Source: Mucisphaera calidilacus
GTDB taxonomy: Bacteria > Planctomycetota > Phycisphaerae > Phycisphaerales > Phycisphaeraceae
Assembly: GCF_007748075.1 (NCBI RefSeq)
Contig: NZ_CP036280.1
Location: 1,080,001-1,112,000 of the forward strand
DNA: 32,000 bases
Direction of reading: 5' to 3'
Under the pieces are notes generated by a model. The model was not told the origin of the DNA, did no database searches, and was given only the letters and a program-made list of their open reading frames with translations. The position numbers were made by a program, and so were the translations under genes. Below, one piece after another: positions 9,552 through 17,827 of this stretch. Numbering within the stretch: position 1 is the stretch's first letter; each line of letters begins with the position of its first letter.

Positions 9552-10367
9552 ATGGAACCAACCGTTCCCATCGAAACCGTCGTCACCGCTGTCGTCGCGG
9601 GAATACTCGCAAGCCTCGCCTGCGGCCTGGGCGTGCTTCCCTTGTGTATCCCCCGACTCAACCTCCAGCGGCACATCGGCATCGGCTACGCCCTCGCCGG
9701 CGGACTGATGTTCTCAGCCAGCGTCTACAACCTCATCTACGAGGGACTGAAGATCAACCAGATCGACCTCTACGCCTTCCAGAACGTCTGGCCGGTCGTC
9801 CTCGGCATCCTCGCCGGCGCACTGTTCCTCAGCATCGCCGACACACTGGTACACAACCACACCGACAACGCGCACGCCTCAGGCCAACCCACACTCCTCA
9901 GCCACTGGGGCGGCAGAACCGGCATCCTCGTCTTCATCGCCATGACCGTCCACTCCATCCCCGAAGGCGTCGCCGTCGGAACCGGCTTCGCGCTTCAGGA
10001 CCACCCCCACTACAACGCAGAAGGCGTCGGAACCTTCATCGCCATCGCCATCGCCATCCACAACATCCCCGAAGGACTCGCCGTCGCGATCCCCCTCCGA
10101 AGCGCAGGCGTCTCCCTCGCACGCTGCTTCGCCGCCGCCGTCATCACCAGCCTGCCCCAACCCATCGCCGCCATCCCCGCCGTCATGCTCGCATGGTTCT
10201 TCGAACCCCTCATGCCCGCCCTCATGGGATTCGCCGCCGGCGCCATGATCTTCCTCGTCATCGTCGAACTCATCCCCGAAGCACTCCAGACCGAAAGCCC
10301 CAAACGCATCGCCTGGTCCTTCGTCGCAGGCTTCTGCGCCATGATCCTCATCCAGGTCCTCCTCTAG
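9552..10367 (+). CDS. zupT: ZIP-family divalent metal (Zn/Fe) transporter, ZupT-like
   Basis: 271-aa multi-TM ORF with the two ZIP signature helices HSIPEGVAVGTGF and HNIPEGLAVAIPL. Length and motif spacing resemble ZupT. Confidence 0.88.
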   Translation: MEPTVPIETVVTAVVAGILASLACGLGVLPLCIPRLNLQRHIGIGYALAGGLMFSASVYNLIYEGLKINQIDLYAFQNVWPVVLGILAGALFLSIADTLVHNHTDNAHASGQPTLLSHWGGRTGILVFIAMTVHSIPEGVAVGTGFALQDHPHYNAEGVGTFIAIAIAIHNIPEGLAVAIPLRSAGVSLARCFAAAVITSLPQPIAAIPAVMLAWFFEPLMPALMGFAAGAMIFLVIVELIPEALQTESPKRIAWSFVAGFCAMILIQVLL

Positions 10368-10472
10368 CCGCCACCGAACCACCAGCCCTGTAGCGGCGAC
10401 TATCGAAACAGCCTCCCCGCCAACCTGACCCCCGAGGACTTCGCTCGCTCAATCGGCTTTGGGGTTCCGGCC

Positions 10473-10723
10473 TAGTGTGGTCCAGACCGTTATCGGGAGG
10501 GCTGCACCGGCATTCCTGATGCTGTCCCAGTCAATCAATCATTTCTCTGTTTTAGGTTCTGAGAGACGATCTGCGTGCGCCGCTTGCATCATCGGCGGGC
10601 TTGATTCGCCGCGAGCGTATCCTCGGCGGGCTTCTGAATCATGACTACCGAAAAGCAGCATGACTCACGATGAAAACGGGCAGTGCCCGACAATCTGGAC
10701 CGGCCCCGCTGTGGACCAGGTCA
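10473..10723 (+). mobile_element. Short (251 bp) non-autonomous IS-derived element, copy A (MITE-like)
   Basis: Begins TAGTGTGGTCCAGACCG and ends CTGGACCGGCCCCGCTGTGGACCAGGTCA (TG...CA termini). It has about 45-nt imperfect terminal inverted repeats: left GGTCCAGAccGTtaTCGGG..CTGC versus the reverse complement of CGGGCAGTGCCCGACAATCTGGACC. It carries only the last transposase codons (..IRRERILGGLLNHDYRKAA*). Its last 130 nt are identical to the right end of copy C. Confidence 0.85.
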
Positions 10724-10815
10724 ATGCTCCTCCTATGGTCATCGCACCAGAGCTAAGTCCAAATACGGACCAGCCTGAAGAGAACAGGTCGATATGGATA
10801 TTATATAATACTATA

Positions 10816-11223
10816 TCATCTAGACAGACTCGCGTATGCACCAGTCCTCATCATGATGTAAGGGAGAACCCCATTGAACAGGATTAAATATTGATACATG
10901 TTTTTATACATCAGATAGTCTATGACTAATACACCCGTGCAATATAAGAATGCCAAACCACTCTCTGTTTTCTTTGTACGAGCATCCACCAACACAGGCG
11001 GGCTGCCGAACTGCAGCGACAATACACCGTAGATTGCCAGTCCGTATAAATGAGGTAGCAGCATAAGAGAAGTGAAATAATTCCATTGCCATACCTCAAT
11101 ATCATACACTATCGTTGACAATATAGAGAGCAAGGTATTTGTGGATATCGACCAGAGAAAGGAGGCGATTATCATATTGCGCCAATATGTGGAATACTTT
11201 GGAATCAACAGCGGAATAGTCAT
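10816..11223 (-). CDS. Small hypothetical membrane protein (~135 aa, about 4 TM), AT-rich
   Basis: ORF 10816-11301; start moved to the ATG at 11221-11223 (MTIPLLIPKYSTYWRNMIIASFLW...) because the longer form reads into element copy B. Four hydrophobic segments. I recognise no family. Local GC is far below the window average. Confidence 0.55.
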   Translation of the reverse strand: MTIPLLIPKYSTYWRNMIIASFLWSISTNTLLSILSTIVYDIEVWQWNYFTSLMLLPHLYGLAIYGVLSLQFGSPPVLVDARTKKTESGLAFLYCTGVLVIDYLMYKNMYQYLILFNGVLPYIMMRTGAYASLSR

Positions 11224-11239
11224 GCCTATATATCCTAAG

Positions 11240-11491
11240 TAGTGTGGTCCAGGCCGCTTTCGGGGATGCTGCGCCGACAATCTTGATGCTGTCCCAGTCA
11301 ATCAGTCATTTCTCTGTTTTAGGTTCTGAGAGACGATCTGCGTGCGCCGCTTGCATCATCGGCGGGCTCGATTCGTCGAGAGCGTACCCTCGGCGGGCTT
11401 CTGAATCATTACTACAGGCAAGCAGCATGATTCACGACGAAAACGGGCAGTGCCCGACAATCTGGACCGGCCCCAGTAGTGGGCAAGTTCA
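11240..11491 (+). mobile_element. Short (252 bp) non-autonomous IS-derived element, copy B
   Basis: Same termini and internal sequence as copy A. The first ~50 nt follow the copy-D variant (GCTTTCGGGGATGCTGCGCCGACAATCTTG) and the middle is A-like. The right terminus is degenerate (..CCCCAGTAGTGGGCAAGTTCA). Confidence 0.8.
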
Positions 11492-12244
11492 CTCTTGATA
11501 CTGCTTCAAGATATCCTTGACGGTAGTTGACACATCATCATCGCGTAATGCATGGCCTAGTTCTCTTTGACCCGATGCAGTTTTACCTAATTGCAACGCA
11601 ACAACATGAAGTACTTCTCTGTTATTCAGACTTATGGCAAGATCAAGCGGAGATTGATATCTGTCATCCAAACGACGTACATCCCCATCATTCTCCATGT
11701 CGACACCATGTGCGATCAATAATCGCACCATCTCTACGCTTTCGTTCCTAATGGCGATATGCATTACAGTATCCAGACTCCGCCAGTTATAAAACTGATG
11801 CATCGCACCAATAGACAGCATGGCTTCCACTTCGCGCAGCTTATCTCTAATAACACTATGATGTAAAGGGGTCATCCCAAGGTAATCTACAGCATTGATA
11901 TCATATCCATTGCTACATAGGAGTTCAATCATCTCAATGCTTTCCGTTGGCCTAATAGCAGCTAGATGCACTGGGGAATATCCAAATTCGTTTAGGCGAA
12001 ATATAGCCAGCTTGCGGTCATGCAAAATTTCAGATAATTTCAGTATATTATTCTGGAATATGCTCTGTACCATCATGCCGGCCAGCTTGTCGCTACACAA
12101 CCGGTCGCCCGTCTTCTGGAATGAGTACATGGATGCTGGGGAGTCATTAATATTACTCTTGGCTGGTGTGTCGCTGCGGCTAACATCTCCAGTCATAATT
12201 GCGAACAGCAGGGCAAGTATAGTGACGCTAATCGGTGATATCAT
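11489..12244 (-). CDS. Exported ankyrin-repeat protein, AT-rich
   Basis: 251-aa ORF with an N-terminal signal/anchor (MISPISVTILALLFAIMTG). It then has at least 4 ankyrin-like repeats (GYSPVHLAAIRPT..IEMIELLCSNGYDINAVDYLGMTPLHHSVIRDK..; DTVMHIAIRNESVEMVRLLIAHGVDMEN; QSPLDLAISLNN). Its stop codon (11489-11491) is the terminal TCA of element copy B. Confidence 0.85.
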   Translation of the reverse strand: MISPISVTILALLFAIMTGDVSRSDTPAKSNINDSPASMYSFQKTGDRLCSDKLAGMMVQSIFQNNILKLSEILHDRKLAIFRLNEFGYSPVHLAAIRPTESIEMIELLCSNGYDINAVDYLGMTPLHHSVIRDKLREVEAMLSIGAMHQFYNWRSLDTVMHIAIRNESVEMVRLLIAHGVDMENDGDVRRLDDRYQSPLDLAISLNNREVLHVVALQLGKTASGQRELGHALRDDDVSTTVKDILKQYQE

Positions 12245-12302
12245 GGCATCCTCATTTTATAGTATGTCTTCATGTATGATTACTACCAGCCCCAATTCCA
12301 AT

Positions 12303-12910
12303 TAGTGTGGTCCAGACCGTTTTCGGGAGGGTTGCGCCGGCGGGGGTGGTCCATAATGTTGGGCCGTTGTCGATACACGACTTACGCATCGAGGCGAGGA
12401 GGGCAGAATCATGGTGCCAGCGTGGCTGACGGCCTTGTTGTTGATGCTTGGGGAGGCCTGGTCGGTGCGCCGAGACGCGCGACTGCGCTTTGTTCTGGCT
12501 TAAATCGAACTGCTCAAGGCCCGCGTGCCGGGCAACCGGGTGATCCTCTCGCCGGACGAGCGGTTGCTGCTGATCAAGCTGGGGTCGTCCGTAGGGCATG
12601 ACGTCCATGATCTCGTCGGGATCGTCAGTGTCAAGACCTACAAACGCTGGCTTCGTGATCAGCAGGGGGTAGAGCCCCCGGACAGGTTGGCCGGCCGCCC
12701 AGGATCACCGCTTCGCTGCGGGCGCACCAGTCGCTTGAGAACACACCGCCCGAGGATGTCGGCAAGCCGCCGCCGACCTCGGCGGGCTTGATTCGCCGCG
12801 AGCGTATCCTCGGCGGGCTTCTGAATCATGACTACCGAAAAGCAGCATGACTCACGATGAAAACGGGCAGTGCCCGACAATCTGGACCGGCCCCGCTGTG
12901 GACCAGGTCA
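12303..12910 (+). mobile_element. 608-bp IS-derived element, copy C, with decayed internally deleted transposase remnant
   Basis: Same ends as A/B/D/F. The interior is collinear with copy F but lacks about 140 bp of the left non-coding part. The transposase remnant carries TAA at 12501-12503 where copy F has CAA, and the downstream frame is shifted (ORF fragments 12525-12791). Confidence 0.85.
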
Positions 12911-13082
12911 TTCCGTCCGCACGCGGGTAGATCGGGATTGTGCTCCGCGCGAGCGGGGGTAGAATCGTTGAAAACGGCCCGGCGGCGTAGCCGGGCAAAG
13001 GTCAAATGGGAAATGTCGGTCAAGGGCTTGAAGCCGCCGCTGCGGACAGAATCGTGACCAAACCACGATCAGGACCATCACC

Positions 13083-14486
13083 ATGAAGACACTCCGACAC
13101 AAGATCGCACAAAGCATGACCCTGCTCGCAGTTGCCCTGACTCTGGTGGGCGCTGCCGGATGCGGTGCCCGGTCGAGCGAGGAAGGGGTCATGACCTTCA
13201 CGGACGATCAGTTCGAAGACCTGGTCCGCCGTTCATGGCAGTACGTTGCTATGTACAACGTGAACAACAAGGGCGCGATCCAATACGGAGGCTGGAACGT
13301 CGTCGATGTCGACACTCAGCTGAAGGACCACACGCTCCAGCTCATCGCCCGACCGAATAACGACTCGCTCTACATCACCTGCATGCTCGACCTGCGCATG
13401 GAGCCCGTCATCCTCGACATGCCGGCCTTTGAGTCGAAGTACGTGTCGCTCATGGTCACCGGCTATGACCACTACGTGAACATCCCTATGTCGACCCGGC
13501 AGGGTGATTTCAAAAAGCCTGAGACAATGCTCGTCTTCAGTGAGCGCACCGAAGGCTACGAGAAGGGCGAGGAGGTCGAGGGCGTCGACCGGTACTTCGA
13601 GGCGACCGGGGACTTCCTCTCGGCCGTCTTCCGCGTCATGCCGCACGCCAACGAGCCGGAGCGCTTCGAGCGCATCAAGGAGCAGATGCAGTCGGTGAGG
13701 CTGCTCACCCTGTCCGAACTCCGCGGCGAGGAGCCCGAGCCGATCGGCGACGTCGACTTCCCTGCGGTAGGCAAGACAGACCTCGACCTCTTCGGGAACA
13801 ACCTCCTCGAAGTCATGCAGTTCGTCTTCAACCACACGACCTTTGACCCAAACAACAAGCTCGATCAGCAACTGCTGGCCGCTTACGAGCCCCTGGGAGT
13901 CGAACCTGGCAAGATGTACGACGCAAAGCAGATCGCGAAGATCGACGGCAAGCGCGTCCGTAAGGTCGCCGAGCGCATCGAATCCGATGAGATGGCCAAG
14001 GCGAACCGGCTGGCGGCCAGCACCGACCTGTTCCAGCCCAAGGGCGACATGGCTCTCGATCTGTTGCTCTTCCAGTCCGTCTTCGGCCCTATCGGGCAAC
14101 CGGCGATCGAAGCCGTCTACCCCGCGGTCACGACGGCCGACGGCCAAGCCATGAACGCTCGGCACGATTACGTGATTCGGATGAGCAAGGATGACATGCC
14201 CCCGGCCAAGGCCTTCTGGTCCTGCACCCTCTACGACACAGAGAACGGGTTCTTCATCCCCAACGACCGCAAGAAGTACAGCGTCGGCGAGAACGGCGGC
14301 ATGAAGCTGGATGAGGACGGCGGCATCGAGATCCACATCGCTGCGAAGCGACCCGAGGGTGTGCCGGAGGAGAACTGGCTGCCGCTCAACTGCGGCGATT
14401 ACGACATCGACGTCATCCTGCGGCTCTATGTGCCGGACCTGGAGAAGTACAAGAACTGGAAACCGCCGACGGCAGAGAAACTCTGA
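13083..14486 (+). CDS. DUF1254/DUF1214 two-domain protein, probable lipoprotein
   Basis: 467 aa with signal and lipobox-like LVGAAGC. DUF1254-type RPNNDSLYITCMLDLRMEPVILDMPAFESKYVSLMVTGYDHYVN. DUF1214-type AFWSCTLYDTENGFFIPNDRKKYSVGE...NWLP...ILRLYVP. Confidence 0.85.
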   Translation: MKTLRHKIAQSMTLLAVALTLVGAAGCGARSSEEGVMTFTDDQFEDLVRRSWQYVAMYNVNNKGAIQYGGWNVVDVDTQLKDHTLQLIARPNNDSLYITCMLDLRMEPVILDMPAFESKYVSLMVTGYDHYVNIPMSTRQGDFKKPETMLVFSERTEGYEKGEEVEGVDRYFEATGDFLSAVFRVMPHANEPERFERIKEQMQSVRLLTLSELRGEEPEPIGDVDFPAVGKTDLDLFGNNLLEVMQFVFNHTTFDPNNKLDQQLLAAYEPLGVEPGKMYDAKQIAKIDGKRVRKVAERIESDEMAKANRLAASTDLFQPKGDMALDLLLFQSVFGPIGQPAIEAVYPAVTTADGQAMNARHDYVIRMSKDDMPPAKAFWSCTLYDTENGFFIPNDRKKYSVGENGGMKLDEDGGIEIHIAAKRPEGVPEENWLPLNCGDYDIDVILRLYVPDLEKYKNWKPPTAEKL

Positions 14487-14493
14487 ATCGCTG

Positions 14494-15987
14494 ATGAGGA
14501 CTCAGACTGTGAACAGCTCGTTGAAGACACTCACCCTTGTCCTCTCGCTGGCCGCCGGGCTTCTGACGCCCGGTCTCGCGCTGGCGCAGGCCGCCGAGCG
14601 CGTGGACCTTAACGACGAACAGATGGAGGAGCTGGTGGTGCGCTGCTACCAGTATGTCGCCATGTTCAACGTGAACAACAGGTTCGCGCTCGACGCGGAT
14701 AACCCCTTGAGCTCGGGCGGGTACAACCGGGTCAAAGCCAATACGGATCTGGCCGATCACACGGTGCAGGCCGTCGCACGCCCCAACAACGACACGCTCT
14801 ACGTGGTCGCCATGATCGACGTGACCGAAGAGCCGATCGTGATGGAGATGCCGGCCTTCGACTCAAAGTACGTGTCGCTGATGGTCACCGGCTACGACCA
14901 CTACGTGAACATCCCCATGTCGACGGGTGATGGTGACTTCGGTGAACCGTCGAACATCCTCTTCTACAGCCAACGCACGCCGGGCTATAGAGGTGAGCCG
15001 GTGGAAGGCGCGGACGAGGTGTTCGAAGTGACGGGCGACTTCGTCAGCGCCGTGCTGCGCGTCATGCCGCACGCGGCCGAGCCCGAGCGCCTCGAAGCCA
15101 ACCGCGCGGCCATGCGCAGCGTCGATGTGGAGCCGCTGTCGGAGTTCCTCGGCAAACGCCACGATGACGCGGGCTTCGTGCCGTGGGGCAGCCCCTCCGG
15201 TATCGGCAGGAGTCTGGACCTCAAGGAGGACTTGGCCCGCTTCCCTGAGTTTGGTTCCGACTTCGAGATCTTCGAGGACCGCTTCCTCGAGGTCATGCAG
15301 TTTGTCGTCAACCACACGACTTTCGATCCCGGCGACGAGCTCGACACCGCGCTGCTTCGGATTCTGAAGCCGCTCGGCGTCGAGCCTGGCAAGGCGTTCG
15401 ATCCGGATGGCGTGGCGGAGATCGACGGGGCGGCCCTGCGCGAAGCCGCCGAGCGCTTCGCGTCCGCGAGCCTGGCGAAGATGGGCGATCCTGAGTTCCT
15501 CGCCGAGAACCTGACCAGGACCTTCAAGCCCAAAGGCGAGATTGACGTCGAGTTGCTGGCCATCCAGTCGGTGATCGGGCCGATCGGACAGCCCTCACAG
15601 GAAGCGCTCTATCCGCCCGTGAACACCGAAGACGGCAAACCGATGAACGCGATGTCCGACTACGAGATCGTGATGACGGCCGAAGAGCTGCCGCCGGTCA
15701 ACGCTTTCTGGTCGGCCACACTCTACGAAAACGATACCGGCTTCTTCATCCCGAACGACCGGTTCAAGTACTCCGTGGGCGAGAACGCGGGCTTCAAGCT
15801 CGATGAGGACGGCGGCATCCGTATCGTCATCGCGGCCGAGCAGCCCGAGGGGGTGCCAACAGAAAACTGGCTGCCCATCAACCGGGAAGACATGGACCTC
15901 GACATCATCATGCGCCTCTACGCACCCGACCTTGAACGCTACGAGAGCTGGCGTGCGCCGAAGGCGAAGAAAATCTCCGCGGAGTGA
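14494..15987 (+). CDS. DUF1254/DUF1214 two-domain protein, tandem paralogue
   Basis: ORF 14311-15987; start at the ATG at 14494 (MRTQTVNSSLKTLTLVLSLAAGLLTPGLALAQA, signal peptide), 8 nt after the upstream stop. It shares long identical stretches with the 13083-14486 product (KYVSLMVTGYDHYVNIPMST, LEVMQFV.NHTTFDP, AFWS.TLYE/D..GFFIPNDR.KYSVGEN). Confidence 0.85.
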   Translation: MRTQTVNSSLKTLTLVLSLAAGLLTPGLALAQAAERVDLNDEQMEELVVRCYQYVAMFNVNNRFALDADNPLSSGGYNRVKANTDLADHTVQAVARPNNDTLYVVAMIDVTEEPIVMEMPAFDSKYVSLMVTGYDHYVNIPMSTGDGDFGEPSNILFYSQRTPGYRGEPVEGADEVFEVTGDFVSAVLRVMPHAAEPERLEANRAAMRSVDVEPLSEFLGKRHDDAGFVPWGSPSGIGRSLDLKEDLARFPEFGSDFEIFEDRFLEVMQFVVNHTTFDPGDELDTALLRILKPLGVEPGKAFDPDGVAEIDGAALREAAERFASASLAKMGDPEFLAENLTRTFKPKGEIDVELLAIQSVIGPIGQPSQEALYPPVNTEDGKPMNAMSDYEIVMTAEELPPVNAFWSATLYENDTGFFIPNDRFKYSVGENAGFKLDEDGGIRIVIAAEQPEGVPTENWLPINREDMDLDIIMRLYAPDLERYESWRAPKAKKISAE

Positions 15988-15989
15988 AG

Positions 15990-16240
15990 TAGCGTGGTCC
16001 AGACCGCTTTCGGGGATGCTGCGCCGACAATCTTGATGCTGTCCCATCCAATCAGTCATTATGTCTCTTAGGCTCTAAGAGATATTCTGCGTGTGCCGCC
16101 ACCGGCATCGGTAGGCTCGATCCGTCGAGAGCGTATACTCGGCGGACTTCTGAATCATGACTACCGAAAAGCAGCATGATTCACGATGAAAACGGGCAGT
16201 GCCCGACAATCTGGACCGGCCCCGGCTGTGGGCCAGGTCA
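15990..16240 (+). mobile_element. Short (251 bp) non-autonomous IS-derived element, copy D
   Basis: TAGCGTGGTCCAGACCGCTTTCGGGG... to ...CTGGACCGGCCCCGGCTGTGGGCCAGGTCA. Collinear with copies A/B and the most diverged of the short copies. It starts 3 nt after the stop of the DUF1254/1214 paralogue. Confidence 0.85.
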
Positions 16241-16344
16241 GCCTCCCCGAACAAAGTCCGAATCATCATCGAAAACAAGCATCAATTCTGGATCAGGATC
16301 CGGGGAGAGGCGCAAGCTCAAGCAGTGAATACAAGGGGAATAGC

Positions 16345-17268
16345 ATGTACAGATTTACTCACTACGACCTGCTGTTTTTTGGTCTTTCATTATTTCTCTG
16401 CATTGGGGCTATATGTCTGGCCTCAAACGTGAGTCGGGATCAGGCACGTGGATCTACCTGCGTGTCGAATCTCCGGCAACTTGTCCATGCTGATCTGGTA
16501 TATGCAAATGACTATGATGGCCAGTTCTTCTCGGATTGGAGTTACAAGAAGCAGGCCAAATCTCCTCCTCGCCAGTACTGGTGTGACAAGAGGCGATTAG
16601 GGCAGTATATACAACAGGATAGAGTCGATTGGATTATTGAAGACTCACGTAACTTCACAGAAGGGCAAGACAAGCCATTACAGGCAATCAATGGAATCAT
16701 GAGGTGCCCGGCTTCTCTTGAAGATGAGGCGCGTTCGTATTCTCAGTCTCATTGGGCAAACGGACTTGGGCTCTTTACTAAATGGATTGGTGCTGGCGAG
16801 ATATCGAGAGCTTATCCTTTAGGCAAGCATTTCAATACTCAGAGTGTGAAGAATCCGAGCAAGACCATTCTTCTGGTAGAGTCTCTTGCCAAAACAGAGA
16901 TCATTCAGGACAAGTATTGGGGGACTGAAGAGGTTGGAGCATTTAAACTTCCAAGCTTGCGATGCGCTCCTCAGAAGCGAGTATGGGAGAGTCCTGTGAA
17001 TGTGTTCTCCCCGACTGAAGGCCGATACGTAAATGCAGCCTCTATTACATGGGATGTCAATTACTCTAATCATCGCACACGCAATAATATTACATATGAC
17101 CCTCGCCGAAATCCTGGTCCATTAGGGGTAGTCAGTATTGGATTTGTAGACGGGCACGTACAGTCTGTGTCCAGTGAGGCGATCTGGAGTCCTGACACTT
17201 TCAGATCAGTCTATAATATTCTGTGGTCAGATAACGACAAGGATATTGATAGTGAGTATTTTAAATAG
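16345..17268 (+). CDS. Degenerate prepilin-type/DUF1559-like (H-X9-DG-type) protein, AT-rich
   Basis: ORF 16186-17268; start at the ATG at 16345 (AAGGGGA RBS 6 nt upstream) because the upstream 53 codons are element-D sequence. N-terminus MYRFTHYDLLFFGLSLFLCIGAICLA...CVSNLRQL resembles the GFTLIELLVV...C.SNLKQ pseudopilin leader. The C-terminus has IGFVDGHVQSVS, like the H-X9-DG tail. Confidence 0.65.
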   Translation: MYRFTHYDLLFFGLSLFLCIGAICLASNVSRDQARGSTCVSNLRQLVHADLVYANDYDGQFFSDWSYKKQAKSPPRQYWCDKRRLGQYIQQDRVDWIIEDSRNFTEGQDKPLQAINGIMRCPASLEDEARSYSQSHWANGLGLFTKWIGAGEISRAYPLGKHFNTQSVKNPSKTILLVESLAKTEIIQDKYWGTEEVGAFKLPSLRCAPQKRVWESPVNVFSPTEGRYVNAASITWDVNYSNHRTRNNITYDPRRNPGPLGVVSIGFVDGHVQSVSSEAIWSPDTFRSVYNILWSDNDKDIDSEYFK

Positions 17269-17328
17269 AATCGCAAGGTCAACACGAACAAAGTGACCTG
17301 CCCCCGGTTGTTGCGCCAGCCGTAACGC

Positions 17329-17535
17329 TTACCACTGGCTGATCTCCAGGGGTTCCAGTGCTGACCGTAGCGTAGCGGAGGGCGGCTCTGGAACCAAGGT
17401 CTCTGGTGCCGGCGGGCGGTAGCCCAGCGACGAATGCGGCCGGATCGTGTTGTAGTGAATCCGCCAACGCTCGATCGCCTGAGCGACCCACTCGCAACCG
17501 GAACGATTGAACAAAAACGTGAACTGATCGGCATT
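17329..17535 (-). pseudogene. 3' fragment of an IS3-family transposase (OrfB/rve C-terminus)
   Basis: Minus-strand translation ..FTFLFNRSGCEWVAQAIERWRIHYNTIRPHSSLGYRPPAPE.. is the characteristic end of IS3-type integrase-core transposases. No upstream catalytic region or IS ends are present. Confidence 0.65.
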
Positions 17536-17614
17536 TACATCAAAGAGATAAAGGCTGATCCAGATACCAAAAGCGTCTCAATCAGCCTTTACCCGGCCTT
17601 GTTCAGACCGTTAA

Positions 17615-17741
17615 TAGTGTGGTCCAGACCGTTTTCGGGAGGGTTGCGCCGACATTCCTGATGCTGTCCCAGTCAATCAGTCATTTTGTGTCTTAGGTTC
17701 TAAGAGATACCCTGAGTTCGCTGACTGCGCGAGGAGGCGGG
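17615..17741 (+). mobile_element. Left end (about 127 bp) of the IS-derived element family, unit E
   Basis: TAGTGTGGTCCAGACCGTTTTCGGGAGGGTTGCGCCGACATTCCTGATGCTGTCCCAGTCAATCAGTCATTTTGTGTCTTAGGTTCTAAGAGATA... is collinear with 29645-29771 of copy F up to ..CTGACTGCGCGAGGAGGCGGG. Similarity then stops. Confidence 0.75.
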
Positions 17742-17827
17742 CCCCAGCGCGGGCAATGTGCCATGAGTTGGTGCTCGTCAGGGGGTTATTCTACCTGCAC
17801 CTGCCCGAATACGGTAACCGCCCGGGT

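Noticed and set aside
9644-10393. 249-aa alternative-frame ORF overlapping the ZIP transporter gene.
   Set aside because: Its translation is Arg/Pro/His low-complexity. The 9552-10367 frame carries the ZIP signature motifs.
10660-10887. 75-aa ORF starting MTHDENGQCPTIWTGP. The same peptide start recurs in every element copy (e.g. 11244-11498, 16186).
   Set aside because: The conserved part is just the right terminal repeat of the element read in one frame. The continuation differs in each copy and has no coding features.
12938-12965. Sigma70-like promoter TTGTGC-16 nt-TAGAAT upstream of the DUF1254/1214 operon.
   Set aside because: This is a single hexamer match in an organism whose promoter consensus I cannot verify. 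It is not reported as a feature.
10473-16240. Repeated ~250-bp sequences considered as a possible CRISPR array.
   Set aside because: The repeat units are about ten times too long. They have transposon-type terminal inverted repeats and transposase remnants. The 'spacers' are whole genes of 0.4-3 kb, and no cas genes are present.
16186-16344. N-terminal 53-codon extension of the pseudopilin-like ORF.
   Set aside because: The extension is element-D sequence plus linker. The internal ATG at 16345 has an RBS and begins exactly at the pseudopilin-type leader.
17520-17610. Possible serine-recombinase C-terminal fragment (..KRELIGIYIKEIKADPDTKSVSISLYPALF).
   Set aside because: It is about 30 aa with only vague resemblance, which is not enough to call as a feature. 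It is mentioned only within the insertion-graveyard finding.
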